Shown: piece by piece, positions 21,255 to 28,762 of the stretch
Position numbering within the stretch: position 1 is the first letter of the stretch
How the letters are laid out: each line of letters opens with the position of its first letter
Source: Parcubacteria bacterium C7867-007
GTDB lineage: Bacteria; Patescibacteriota; Minisyncoccia; Phycocordibacterales; Phycocordibacteraceae
Reading direction: 5' to 3'
Assembly (NCBI GenBank): GCA_001189195.1
Contig: LFCQ01000003.1
Span: forward strand, 71,059 to 135,058
Length of the DNA stretch: 64,000 nt
Made by a program: the position numbers and the translations under genes
The notes under the pieces: model-generated
What the model was told of the DNA's origin: nothing
The model's input: the letters and a program-made list of their open reading frames with translations, nothing else
The model's database searches: none

Positions 21255-22126
21255 TCAAATAGCGAACCAAGATACCCATTGATCTCGCGCTGATCAAGGT
21301 CATAGAAATACTGATCGTCTCGGTGTAGCTTTGTTGCGAGATCAACACCCACAAAACGCCAGTGCCAGGGCTCAAATTGGTAGTACGTGTTTGATTTTGG
21401 ATAAGAAAGTACGAAACCGTACTTGTACGCATTCTCGTTTAACCAGGTATACGCCTCTGTCTTATCAAACCCACTGAATGTTCCACCAACCGTCTTGGTT
21501 GTGAAGTCGAGAGTAGTACCCAGCTGATGTTCTGAATACCCTTGATCTGCTGAGAAAGCATTTGCTGATCCCGATCCATATACAACCTTATAACTTGCCT
21601 TTAACGCAGCCTGAGCGCCAAATGAGCGGTATGCAGAGGCAATAAGAATCTCTATGTCATCGTCCTTTGCGTCCTCAAGGAGGTCATAAAGGTTATCTTG
21701 CACTTCCATATGGATATCAAGCTTTCTACTTGGTTCATATAGATACTTTGAATCAATGGGTTTAAGCGCTATAGGTGCATAGTTCTCGTTGAGGAAATAC
21801 ACCTTGGAATACTTGGCAAGGAGTTGTGGATCGGTCTGTGCAAGCTTGTTCAACTTTCCCACCGTGCTGCCAAGATCCTTAATCTGGGAATCGAACATAT
21901 CATTTTTGTTCTTCTCTGCGGTGTACGCATCTTGAAGGGCGTTGCGATCAGTGGTCACTTGCGCAAGGGAATCTTGGAGTGAAGAAGCACGCTGGGTACT
22001 TGAAGCGAGATCACTTTGCACTGATTCAAGCCTCTTGGTCTGTTGAGTATACGCATACACCCCTACGGCAACGCCGAGCACCATTCCAGCAGCCAATACT
22101 ATGAGAGCGATCCGTGCCGGTGACAT
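21251..22126 (-). CDS. M15B (VanY-like) D-Ala-D-Ala carboxypeptidase
   Basis: SAYRS, SEHQLGTTLD, EPWHW; TM anchor and coiled coil. Confidence 0.92.
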   Translation of the reverse strand: MSPARIALIVLAAGMVLGVAVGVYAYTQQTKRLESVQSDLASSTQRASSLQDSLAQVTTDRNALQDAYTAEKNKNDMFDSQIKDLGSTVGKLNKLAQTDPQLLAKYSKVYFLNENYAPIALKPIDSKYLYEPSRKLDIHMEVQDNLYDLLEDAKDDDIEILIASAYRSFGAQAALKASYKVVYGSGSANAFSADQGYSEHQLGTTLDFTTKTVGGTFSGFDKTEAYTWLNENAYKYGFVLSYPKSNTYYQFEPWHWRFVGVDLATKLHRDDQYFYDLDQREINGYLGSLFD

Positions 22127-22157
22127 GTCTGTATAGTACACGCCCTAAAAACTCCGT

Positions 22158-22394
22158 CTATGACGGACTTAGCCAGCGCTGCACCCTTGGCACACATGAG
22201 GTATATACCGTTCGAGTACGCTGTCCTTGTGTCTGTACCCATGCCATAGCTCCTAAAATAGCACTTGAAATGGTTGAGGGGATGATAGGAAACAGGCTAA
22301 ATATGATACCTAGAGTAGCGGCAAGGACCGCCATCACAAGAAGACCAAGGGTCCCAGTGACCATAAAGAAGGTTACGCGTTCGTACAGAATCAT
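22158..22394 (-). CDS. Small hypothetical membrane protein
   Basis: 78-aa ORF with two hydrophobic segments filling the gap before pyk. Confidence 0.45.
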   Translation of the reverse strand: MILYERVTFFMVTGTLGLLVMAVLAATLGIIFSLFPIIPSTISSAILGAMAWVQTQGQRTRTVYTSCVPRVQRWLSPS

Positions 22395-22494
22395 ATGCAG
22401 TATTCTCGCGTAATACCATAAAAGAATTGATGAAGGCAAGTTATCCAGTCTGAAGTTTGTCTGAAGACGACTTATAGTGTAGTTTCGATAAGAT

Positions 22495-23895
22495 ATGGCA
22501 TCACTTAAATATACAAAGATTGTTGCGACAATCGGTCCGAAAACAGAATCTGAAGAAACCCTAACCCGCCTCATCCAGGCGGGAATGAACGTCATGCGCC
22601 TAAACATGAGCCATGGTGATCATGCCGAGCATGGAGACCGTATTACCAATGGACGTGCAGCTGCTGAGAAGCTGGGTGAACCTATTGGTATCCTCATGGA
22701 CCTCTCTGGTCCCAAGATCCGCACCGGTATCTATGAGACCGAGCGCATCACAATTCAAAACGGTGCAAAACTCACCCTCACCACAGAGGAGGCAATCGGC
22801 ACCACCGAGCGTATTTATGTAAACTATCGCAAGCTCCCTCAGGAGGTGAAGCCAGGCTCCGTTATCATGCTGGACGATGGAAAGAAGAAGCTGGTAGTTG
22901 ATTCTGTTGAAGGAACTGAGGTGCACTGCACCGTTGTGGTTGGTGGTGAGCTTAAGGCACGCCGTGGCGTAAATATTCCTGGAGCATACCTCTCAATCGA
23001 CACCATCACTGAGAAGGATCGTGAAGATCTTGCTTTTGGTATTACGCGAGGTATTGATCTTGTGGCTCTTTCCTTCGTTCGTCGTGCAGACGATATACAT
23101 GAGCTGCGTGAGATTCTAAAGACTCTTGGTGCACCAAACCTCCCAATCATTTCAAAGATTGAGACCCAGGAAGCTATTGATAACCTTGATGCAATTATCA
23201 CTGCATCAGATGGCATCATGGTGGCACGTGGAGATCTTGCTATTGAGATTCCTGCAGAGCAAGTACCTCGTTGGCAAAAGGAGATGATACGCAAAGCAAA
23301 TGAGCAGGGAAAGCCGGTTATCACCGCAACCCAGCTTCTTGAATCTATGATCACCAGCCCAGTACCGACCCGAGCTGAAGTATCAGACGTAGCTAATGCT
23401 GTGTTTGATGGTACTGATGCCGTAATGCTCTCAGAGGAAAGTACTCTTGGTGCGTTCCCGGTTGAAGCAGTTGAGACACTTGCGCGTGTTGCACGTGCGT
23501 CTGAAGCTGCGATAACTCAGCCCACCGCAGTATCGACGATTCCTGACACCGTTACGCATGCTGTAGCACGAGCTGCAGAGGAACTAAATGCAAAAGCGAT
23601 TGTGGCCCTTACCGAATCAGGAACCACCGCGCGTATCACAGCACGCTTCCACCCTCATTGCCCTGTTATTGCACTCACCCCAAGTGAATCAACACGAAAG
23701 TCTCTCGCACTTTCACGTGGAGTATTCCCATTCACCGTTAAACAGCTTGGTTCTCTTGAAGAGACACTCGCATTCATCCCAGGTTTCCTTATTGAAAAGG
23801 GATTTGCTGCTACCGGTGACACCGTACTCGTTACGGCAGGTCTCCGCTTTGGTGTTACAGGTTCAACAAACCTTCTGGTTGCGATAACCCTCTAA
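22495..23895 (+). CDS. pyk: Pyruvate kinase
   Basis: TKIVATIGP, RLNMSHG, MVARGDL, DGTDAVMLS. Confidence 0.98.
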   Translation: MASLKYTKIVATIGPKTESEETLTRLIQAGMNVMRLNMSHGDHAEHGDRITNGRAAAEKLGEPIGILMDLSGPKIRTGIYETERITIQNGAKLTLTTEEAIGTTERIYVNYRKLPQEVKPGSVIMLDDGKKKLVVDSVEGTEVHCTVVVGGELKARRGVNIPGAYLSIDTITEKDREDLAFGITRGIDLVALSFVRRADDIHELREILKTLGAPNLPIISKIETQEAIDNLDAIITASDGIMVARGDLAIEIPAEQVPRWQKEMIRKANEQGKPVITATQLLESMITSPVPTRAEVSDVANAVFDGTDAVMLSEESTLGAFPVEAVETLARVARASEAAITQPTAVSTIPDTVTHAVARAAEELNAKAIVALTESGTTARITARFHPHCPVIALTPSESTRKSLALSRGVFPFTVKQLGSLEETLAFIPGFLIEKGFAATGDTVLVTAGLRFGVTGSTNLLVAITL

Positions 23896-24572
23896 GGGTA
23901 TCCCGGATAGTATTCGATCTTAAAGTCTTCTATCCATTCGGTACCTGGTATAACACTGAGTACCTTGCCGAATATCTTGGAATCTTCCTCTTTCACAATG
24001 ATGGGGGAGTAGTTTCCGTATGCATTCTGAGGGTTTAGATATACCACTTCATCAACCTTCTGGTACTGCTTAATAACCGCCATGTTACCCAGTACCGCCA
24101 CAACACGATCGCCATCATCCACATCCTCTGTCACCTCAACAATCACGTAGTCTCCGTTACGAATACCCGCATCAATCATGCTGTCTCCCACGGCACGCAC
24201 TGCCACAATGTTTGTATGACTCCCAACGAACGAACGATCAACGGTGATGAACTCACCAAACTCATTCTGTGCATATACTTCAACCGCATCACACCCTGCA
24301 GATGCAATCACAGGAATCTCCACAACTCCTGAATGTGCAAAAGGGAACTGCGTATCAAGAATAGTGATACTGCGATGCTGATGGCGATCACGCTTAGTGA
24401 ATCCTTTACGCTCCAATGCCTCTAATCGCTGGGTAACACTACGCAGTGAACGAAGATGCAGCCCATCACGCAACTCCGAGATAGTTGGAGCTTGCTTGTT
24501 CTTTGCGACATACGTACGAATAAACGAGAGTGTTTCCTCCTGCGCACCGGTGAGTGTTCGATGCAATGCCAT
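23892..24572 (-). CDS. lexA: LexA repressor
   Basis: N-terminal winged helix, Ala-Gly site (ASAG), GDSM serine and VIK lysine of the S24 peptidase. Confidence 0.9.
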   Translation of the reverse strand: MALHRTLTGAQEETLSFIRTYVAKNKQAPTISELRDGLHLRSLRSVTQRLEALERKGFTKRDRHQHRSITILDTQFPFAHSGVVEIPVIASAGCDAVEVYAQNEFGEFITVDRSFVGSHTNIVAVRAVGDSMIDAGIRNGDYVIVEVTEDVDDGDRVVAVLGNMAVIKQYQKVDEVVYLNPQNAYGNYSPIIVKEEDSKIFGKVLSVIPGTEWIEDFKIEYYPGYP

Positions 24573-24601
24573 ATATAAAGAGAATACCTGACATCACGGC
24601 A

Positions 24602-24657
24602 ACACAAGACAAGTTGTGTGTGGATAAGCACACAAGTATATACACAACATACACAAG
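24602..24657. promoter_or_regulatory. Cluster of five ACACAA motifs and a DnaA-box match upstream of lexA
   Basis: ACACAA at 24602, 24630, 24642, 24651, inverted at 24614; TGTGGATAA at 24619-24627. Confidence 0.5.
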
Positions 24658-24744
24658 TTTATTTTATACAAAAGAAAACAGCCTCGTCACTTCACTCCTA
24701 AGAGTGAGAGCAACGAGGCCGTCTTTGAGGTCTCATGGTGTAGA

Positions 24745-25497
24745 TCAGGCGATGGCCCGATGCCGGCGGCGCAGAACGCTGCCGGCGAGGCCGAAGCCCA
24801 GGATCATCATCGCCCAGGTCGCCGGCTCGGGAACCGCCACGCCGCCCGGAGGCGTGATGATGATCGGCGGATCCAGGTCGTCCTGGAGACGCGGGAAGAT
24901 CTTCACGTTGTCCAGCAGCAGAGCTTCCCCCTGGAAGCCCGAGCTCGGCATGAAGCCGGCCGGGTTCGAGGCGAAGGTCGCACGAACGTTGATCTTGGCG
25001 ATGGTGTCGAAACCGGTCGCCGTGAAAACGAACGTTTGATAGCTCCGATAGTGGAGACCCGGCAGACTGCCGTCGAGGACGACGTCGCCGTGGTTGTCGA
25101 TGACCTGGAAGTCCAGGTCGATCGGGAACGTCGCCAGCATGGAGTTCATGTTCTGCCCGAAGTCGGCAGAGAGTGCGTTGAAGTAGCTCCCGTCGGCCAT
25201 CGTTATGCTGGTGTATCCCGTCGCGAACGGCGGCGAGAGGCCGGTGCCCCGAGGAGCCCAACCGTTGCCGGGAACCACCGTGCTGCTGATGCCGCTGGTG
25301 GCGCCGATGTAGGCGACGTGGACCCCGCTGGGGCTGGTGTAGGTCGTGTTGGCCGTGAGGGGGGGTTGCGACGCGAAGTCGGCCCCAATGAGCGACTCGA
25401 TAGGTGCGCCCAAGCCCACGAAGATTGCGCCATGCGCGGGAGCGGAAAAGGCCAGAGCAAGTGCGCCGGCCACCCCGAGATTCAGAAAATGTTTCAT
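24745..25497 (-). CDS. PEPxxWA-CTERM sorting-domain surface protein (GC-rich)
   Basis: Signal peptide MKHFLNLGVAGALALAFSAPAHG; C-terminal VPEPATWAMMILGFGLAGSVLRRRHR. Confidence 0.92.
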   Translation of the reverse strand: MKHFLNLGVAGALALAFSAPAHGAIFVGLGAPIESLIGADFASQPPLTANTTYTSPSGVHVAYIGATSGISSTVVPGNGWAPRGTGLSPPFATGYTSITMADGSYFNALSADFGQNMNSMLATFPIDLDFQVIDNHGDVVLDGSLPGLHYRSYQTFVFTATGFDTIAKINVRATFASNPAGFMPSSGFQGEALLLDNVKIFPRLQDDLDPPIIITPPGGVAVPEPATWAMMILGFGLAGSVLRRRHRAIA

Positions 25498-25563
25498 TTC
25501 ATACCCCAGTAGTTGGATGACTCGGTACGCCGAGTATCGGCCATTCCGTCGGATTTGATCCTG

Positions 25564-25615
25564 AGGAAGTGAGCGTTCTAAGGGCCATTTGTGGTCCACA
25601 GAACGCTCACTTCCT
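25564..25615 (-). promoter_or_regulatory. 16-bp hairpin in the 5' leader of the first PEP-CTERM gene
   Basis: AGGAAGTGAGCGTTCT / AGAACGCTCACTTCCT perfect inverted repeat, downstream of minus-strand TTGACA-16-TATGAT (25656-25683). Confidence 0.7.
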
Positions 25616-25768
25616 TCTAAAACCATGAGTTTTAAAAGGACCCGTAACTGGTCGTATCATACTAGAGTTGACATATCTGTCAAGACGTTGTGGACAGTAG
25701 ACTTCATGAAGTTAACTTGCACAAATCAATGATTTAGGTTATAAAAACAACAGCAGTTCTTTATATAT

Positions 25769-25838
25769 TCCTGTTTTACCGCACCCAAAAGCACTTCTGA
25801 GTCTTCTTAGGAATATTCTTGGGTACGGTAAAACAGGA
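25769..25838 (+). promoter_or_regulatory. 20-bp hairpin in the 5' leader of the second PEP-CTERM gene
   Basis: TCCTGTTTTACCGCACCCAA / TTGGGTACGGTAAAACAGGA (1 mismatch), downstream of TTGCAC-17-TATAAA (25717-25745). Confidence 0.7.
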
Positions 25839-25882
25839 CATTTGTCGTTCTGGTTCCTACCACCTTTGCAAAGGGAATGTAT

Positions 25883-26542
25883 ATGAAGACTTTGATGTTG
25901 GCAGCTGCGGCTGCCCTAACGCTCTCGTTCGCGGGCGTCGCCAACTCGGCGGAGCTCTTGAACGGAGTCCACTACGGCACCGGCAACGACTACACGCCCG
26001 GCAACTGGACGGTCGCCACCGGTGGTGGGATCGAAACCGGTCTGCGGGCCCACGAAGTGTTCCAGGTGGCTCCGGCACCGTCGGGCAACCTCTACACCTT
26101 CGCCCTTGGCCAGACCATCGGCTTCGACTTCTCGATCGATCCGACCTTCGGCGGCACGCCTGTGGACCTCACGAGCGCGCTGATCACGATCACGAACCTC
26201 GGCACTGGCGGCGTCGCCAGCTTCAACCCGCTGCTCCTGCCCGACAACAGCATCGCTGGCAGCATCCAGAACAGCGAGCGGCTGAGCTTTGGCTTCCTGA
26301 ACGGTTCGCCAATCTTCAACGTCGGCGACATCGACTACAACAACGCCGTGAACAGCAGCTACCGCATCAACCTGACGGTTGCGGGCGGCGGCATCCGGTC
26401 CCTGCAAAACGAGATCCTCGTCCAGCAAGGCACCGGCGCGGTTCCCGAGCCGGCGACCTGGGCGATGATGATCCTGGGCTTCGGCATGGCCGGCGCCACG
26501 CTTCGGCGGCGCCACCCCGTCGCCGTCTCGGCGCGAACCTAG
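25883..26542 (+). CDS. PEPxxWA-CTERM sorting-domain surface protein (GC-rich)
   Basis: Signal peptide MKTLMLAAAAALTLSFAGVANS; C-terminal VPEPATWAMMILGFGMAGATLRRRH; terminator at ~26592-26620. Confidence 0.92.
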   Translation: MKTLMLAAAAALTLSFAGVANSAELLNGVHYGTGNDYTPGNWTVATGGGIETGLRAHEVFQVAPAPSGNLYTFALGQTIGFDFSIDPTFGGTPVDLTSALITITNLGTGGVASFNPLLLPDNSIAGSIQNSERLSFGFLNGSPIFNVGDIDYNNAVNSSYRINLTVAGGGIRSLQNEILVQQGTGAVPEPATWAMMILGFGMAGATLRRRHPVAVSART

Positions 26543-26685
26543 AACGACAATCGCGAAAGACTACCCAGATAGTCTACGCATCCAACAACTGGCCCCCTCC
26601 GATGGAGTGGGGCTTTTCTTTATGCATATCGAATTCAAAAGGCCGGCGGAGCAATCCGTCGGCCAATCTTTTATTTGCTGGAAGA

Positions 26686-26802
26686 CTATTTAGCCTGAGC
26701 TGCCTTACGAGCCATCTTCACCGCAATACGCTTTGCGGTCTTCTGTGGATGCTTGTGTGGGCGCTTTGGGCTCACACCCTGCTTGCTCTTGTTTCGTGAC
26801 AT
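26686..26802 (-). CDS. 38-aa highly basic small protein
   Basis: MSRNKSKQGVSPKRPHKHPQKTAKRIAVKMARKAAQAK; TAGTAT 8 nt before ATG; hairpin at ~26641-26664 downstream. Confidence 0.6.
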   Translation of the reverse strand: MSRNKSKQGVSPKRPHKHPQKTAKRIAVKMARKAAQAK

Positions 26803-26821
26803 ATAGATTGATACTAACGAT

Positions 26822-27175
26822 TTAAAGCAATTCTGCAAGCACCGTTTTAAACTCTTCCATTCCAGCAGGCTTGGTGAGGTGTGCGTTGAAGCCAGCAGCA
26901 AGTGCCTTTTCTTTGTCTTCTGCTTGCCCGTATCCCGTGAGAGCAACGGCAGGGAAGGTGAATCCGTGGGCACGCAGCCCCACAATCACGTCATGTCCAC
27001 TCATGTCTGGCATACCAATATCTATAAACACGAGATCGGGAGTATATATACGCACATGTTCAAGTACCTCTTTGCCGGTATAGAGTGCTGAAGCATCCCA
27101 TCCTAGTGCGTTCAATAGACGAACGAGTCCATCTGCAGCCGCCTGGTTATCGTCCACCACAAGAAGCTTTTTCAT
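26822..27175 (-). CDS. Single-domain response regulator (receiver)
   Basis: LVVDDN, DIGMPDMSG, ALTG, HLTKP. Confidence 0.93.
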   Translation of the reverse strand: MKKLLVVDDNQAAADGLVRLLNALGWDASALYTGKEVLEHVRIYTPDLVFIDIGMPDMSGHDVIVGLRAHGFTFPAVALTGYGQAEDKEKALAAGFNAHLTKPAGMEEFKTVLAELL

Positions 27176-27187
27176 AGGGGTATGGTA

Positions 27188-27955
27188 TCAGACAGAAGGA
27201 GCGATGAGGGAAAGAAGTTTGGCATGGTATTCAGAGCTACCCGCACACACAAATCCTCCGGTGCGTGTGTCATAGCGCTGGTCATTCCCGTGCACGTCAG
27301 AGGTTACCCCACCTGCTTCTTCCACAATCACTTTTGCTGCAGCACTGTCCCATGGGTTTCCGAGGGGAAGTACCACGCCCTGTAGCTGACCACTGGCAAC
27401 CATCATACTTGCATATACTGTTGAGCTATATGACAGACAACGAACATGCGCATCACGCGCACGATCAAAGAGTGTCATATCTTTAAATCCTCGGTGTCCA
27501 TCGGTTGCAATATAGCTGCGAGAGAGGTCGGTGTGCGATGAATTCGTAATGGGGAGGTTGTTTAGGAATGCTCCCTGGCCGCGTACCGCAGAGTACAGAC
27601 GCTTCATGTACGGGTCATACACCACACCAAGCACCGGTACTCCATCTTCAACCAATGCGAGTGAGAATACGTTCGTGGGCACACCACGGAGAAAGGCAGC
27701 TGTTCCATCGATAGGATCAAAGACCCACGCAGAGTTGCTTTCTTTCATCTGAGTACCTTCTTCCCCGATAAGACTATGCTCGGGATATGCTTCACTCAAC
27801 CTGCTAGTAACTAATTCTTGGATAAGCTCATCTGCTTTGGTGAGAGGAGAGTGGTCATCTTTAAAAGTATGCCGCATTCCTAATTCAAAATACTGCGTCA
27901 TGACCACACCAGCTTCTTGCGCGATTTCCTTCGCGATCTTTAGGTGCTGATCCAT
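27188..27955 (-). CDS. Inositol monophosphatase family protein
   Basis: IGEE, WVFDPIDGT, PWDSAA. Confidence 0.93.
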   Translation of the reverse strand: MDQHLKIAKEIAQEAGVVMTQYFELGMRHTFKDDHSPLTKADELIQELVTSRLSEAYPEHSLIGEEGTQMKESNSAWVFDPIDGTAAFLRGVPTNVFSLALVEDGVPVLGVVYDPYMKRLYSAVRGQGAFLNNLPITNSSHTDLSRSYIATDGHRGFKDMTLFDRARDAHVRCLSYSSTVYASMMVASGQLQGVVLPLGNPWDSAAAKVIVEEAGGVTSDVHGNDQRYDTRTGGFVCAGSSEYHAKLLSLIAPSV

Positions 27956-28033
27956 TTCGCAGCATTGTACCAGACTGTTTATGAAGAAAGACTAAACAGT
28001 AACCGCCCACCGAATTCTCGGTGGGCGGGGCGG

Positions 28034-28696
28034 TTAGGCGGCTATAGCAAACGGCTTGCCCTCGACATACCATTGGCGGTTGATGGTCACACCACTATCT
28101 CGTACGGTTGGAATCATAATTGCCGGCGAGAGTTGATAGGTGTTTATCACATACCAGTGTGACTCAACCTCACTCTCTACTCCAGCGTACGCCTTAGACG
28201 GATGGATATCGTTCGTCACTAAGTGTGTTTCTTGAATCCTCCGAAAGACCAGTTTCCTTCGAGAAACGTGTAGCTCTTCTTCGAGACCCCGGATTGCAGC
28301 ACTAAATGGATGTTCACCCAGTCCAACTGTCTCAGAATTAGAGAACAGGTTAAGTGGGACATGATCAACATGCAACGGAATATCGAAATTGGGTATGGTC
28401 TTACCGTTCAAATACGTGCGACTGACCTCAACCAACACTGCCTTCATCTTGTCATTGGTGATGATTGACTTGGCGCTCTTCGCCTTGCGTCGCGCAACAC
28501 CAGTAACTGGATGCTGGTAGATCTCGATCTCTCGTGCCTTACCTTTCAGGCCGGTTAGTTCACGATACAGATCGATGTGTCGTTTGTTTCCTCGTCTGTT
28601 AAAGTCCTTAATTGGTATCCTCGGTTCACATGACTCGAGGAACTCTTGCATCTCCCGTAACGAACAGGAGTGACTTAGTGTGCGCAGCGCGCTCAT
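28034..28696 (-). CDS. Hypothetical protein with degenerate Nudix-like box (SD-led stand-alone gene)
   Basis: ETVGLGEHPFSAAIRGLEEELHV; SD AGGAG; hairpin CGCCCACCGA..TCGGTGGGCG at ~28004-28028. Confidence 0.65.
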   Translation of the reverse strand: MSALRTLSHSCSLREMQEFLESCEPRIPIKDFNRRGNKRHIDLYRELTGLKGKAREIEIYQHPVTGVARRKAKSAKSIITNDKMKAVLVEVSRTYLNGKTIPNFDIPLHVDHVPLNLFSNSETVGLGEHPFSAAIRGLEEELHVSRRKLVFRRIQETHLVTNDIHPSKAYAGVESEVESHWYVINTYQLSPAIMIPTVRDSGVTINRQWYVEGKPFAIAA

Positions 28697-28762
28697 CGTT
28701 CGCTCCTGATGTCTAGGTGAAATCTCTTGTTAAAGTAGCACCTAGTTTGCCTTTTGTAAAAT

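Noticed and set aside
24619-24627. Replication origin
   Set aside because: Only one perfect DnaA box, no box cluster, and no dnaA/dnaN nearby
24554-26799. Long alternative-frame ORFs overlapping the PEP-CTERM genes
   Set aside because: Shadow ORFs expected from high GC3; the PEP-CTERM frames have signal peptides and sorting motifs
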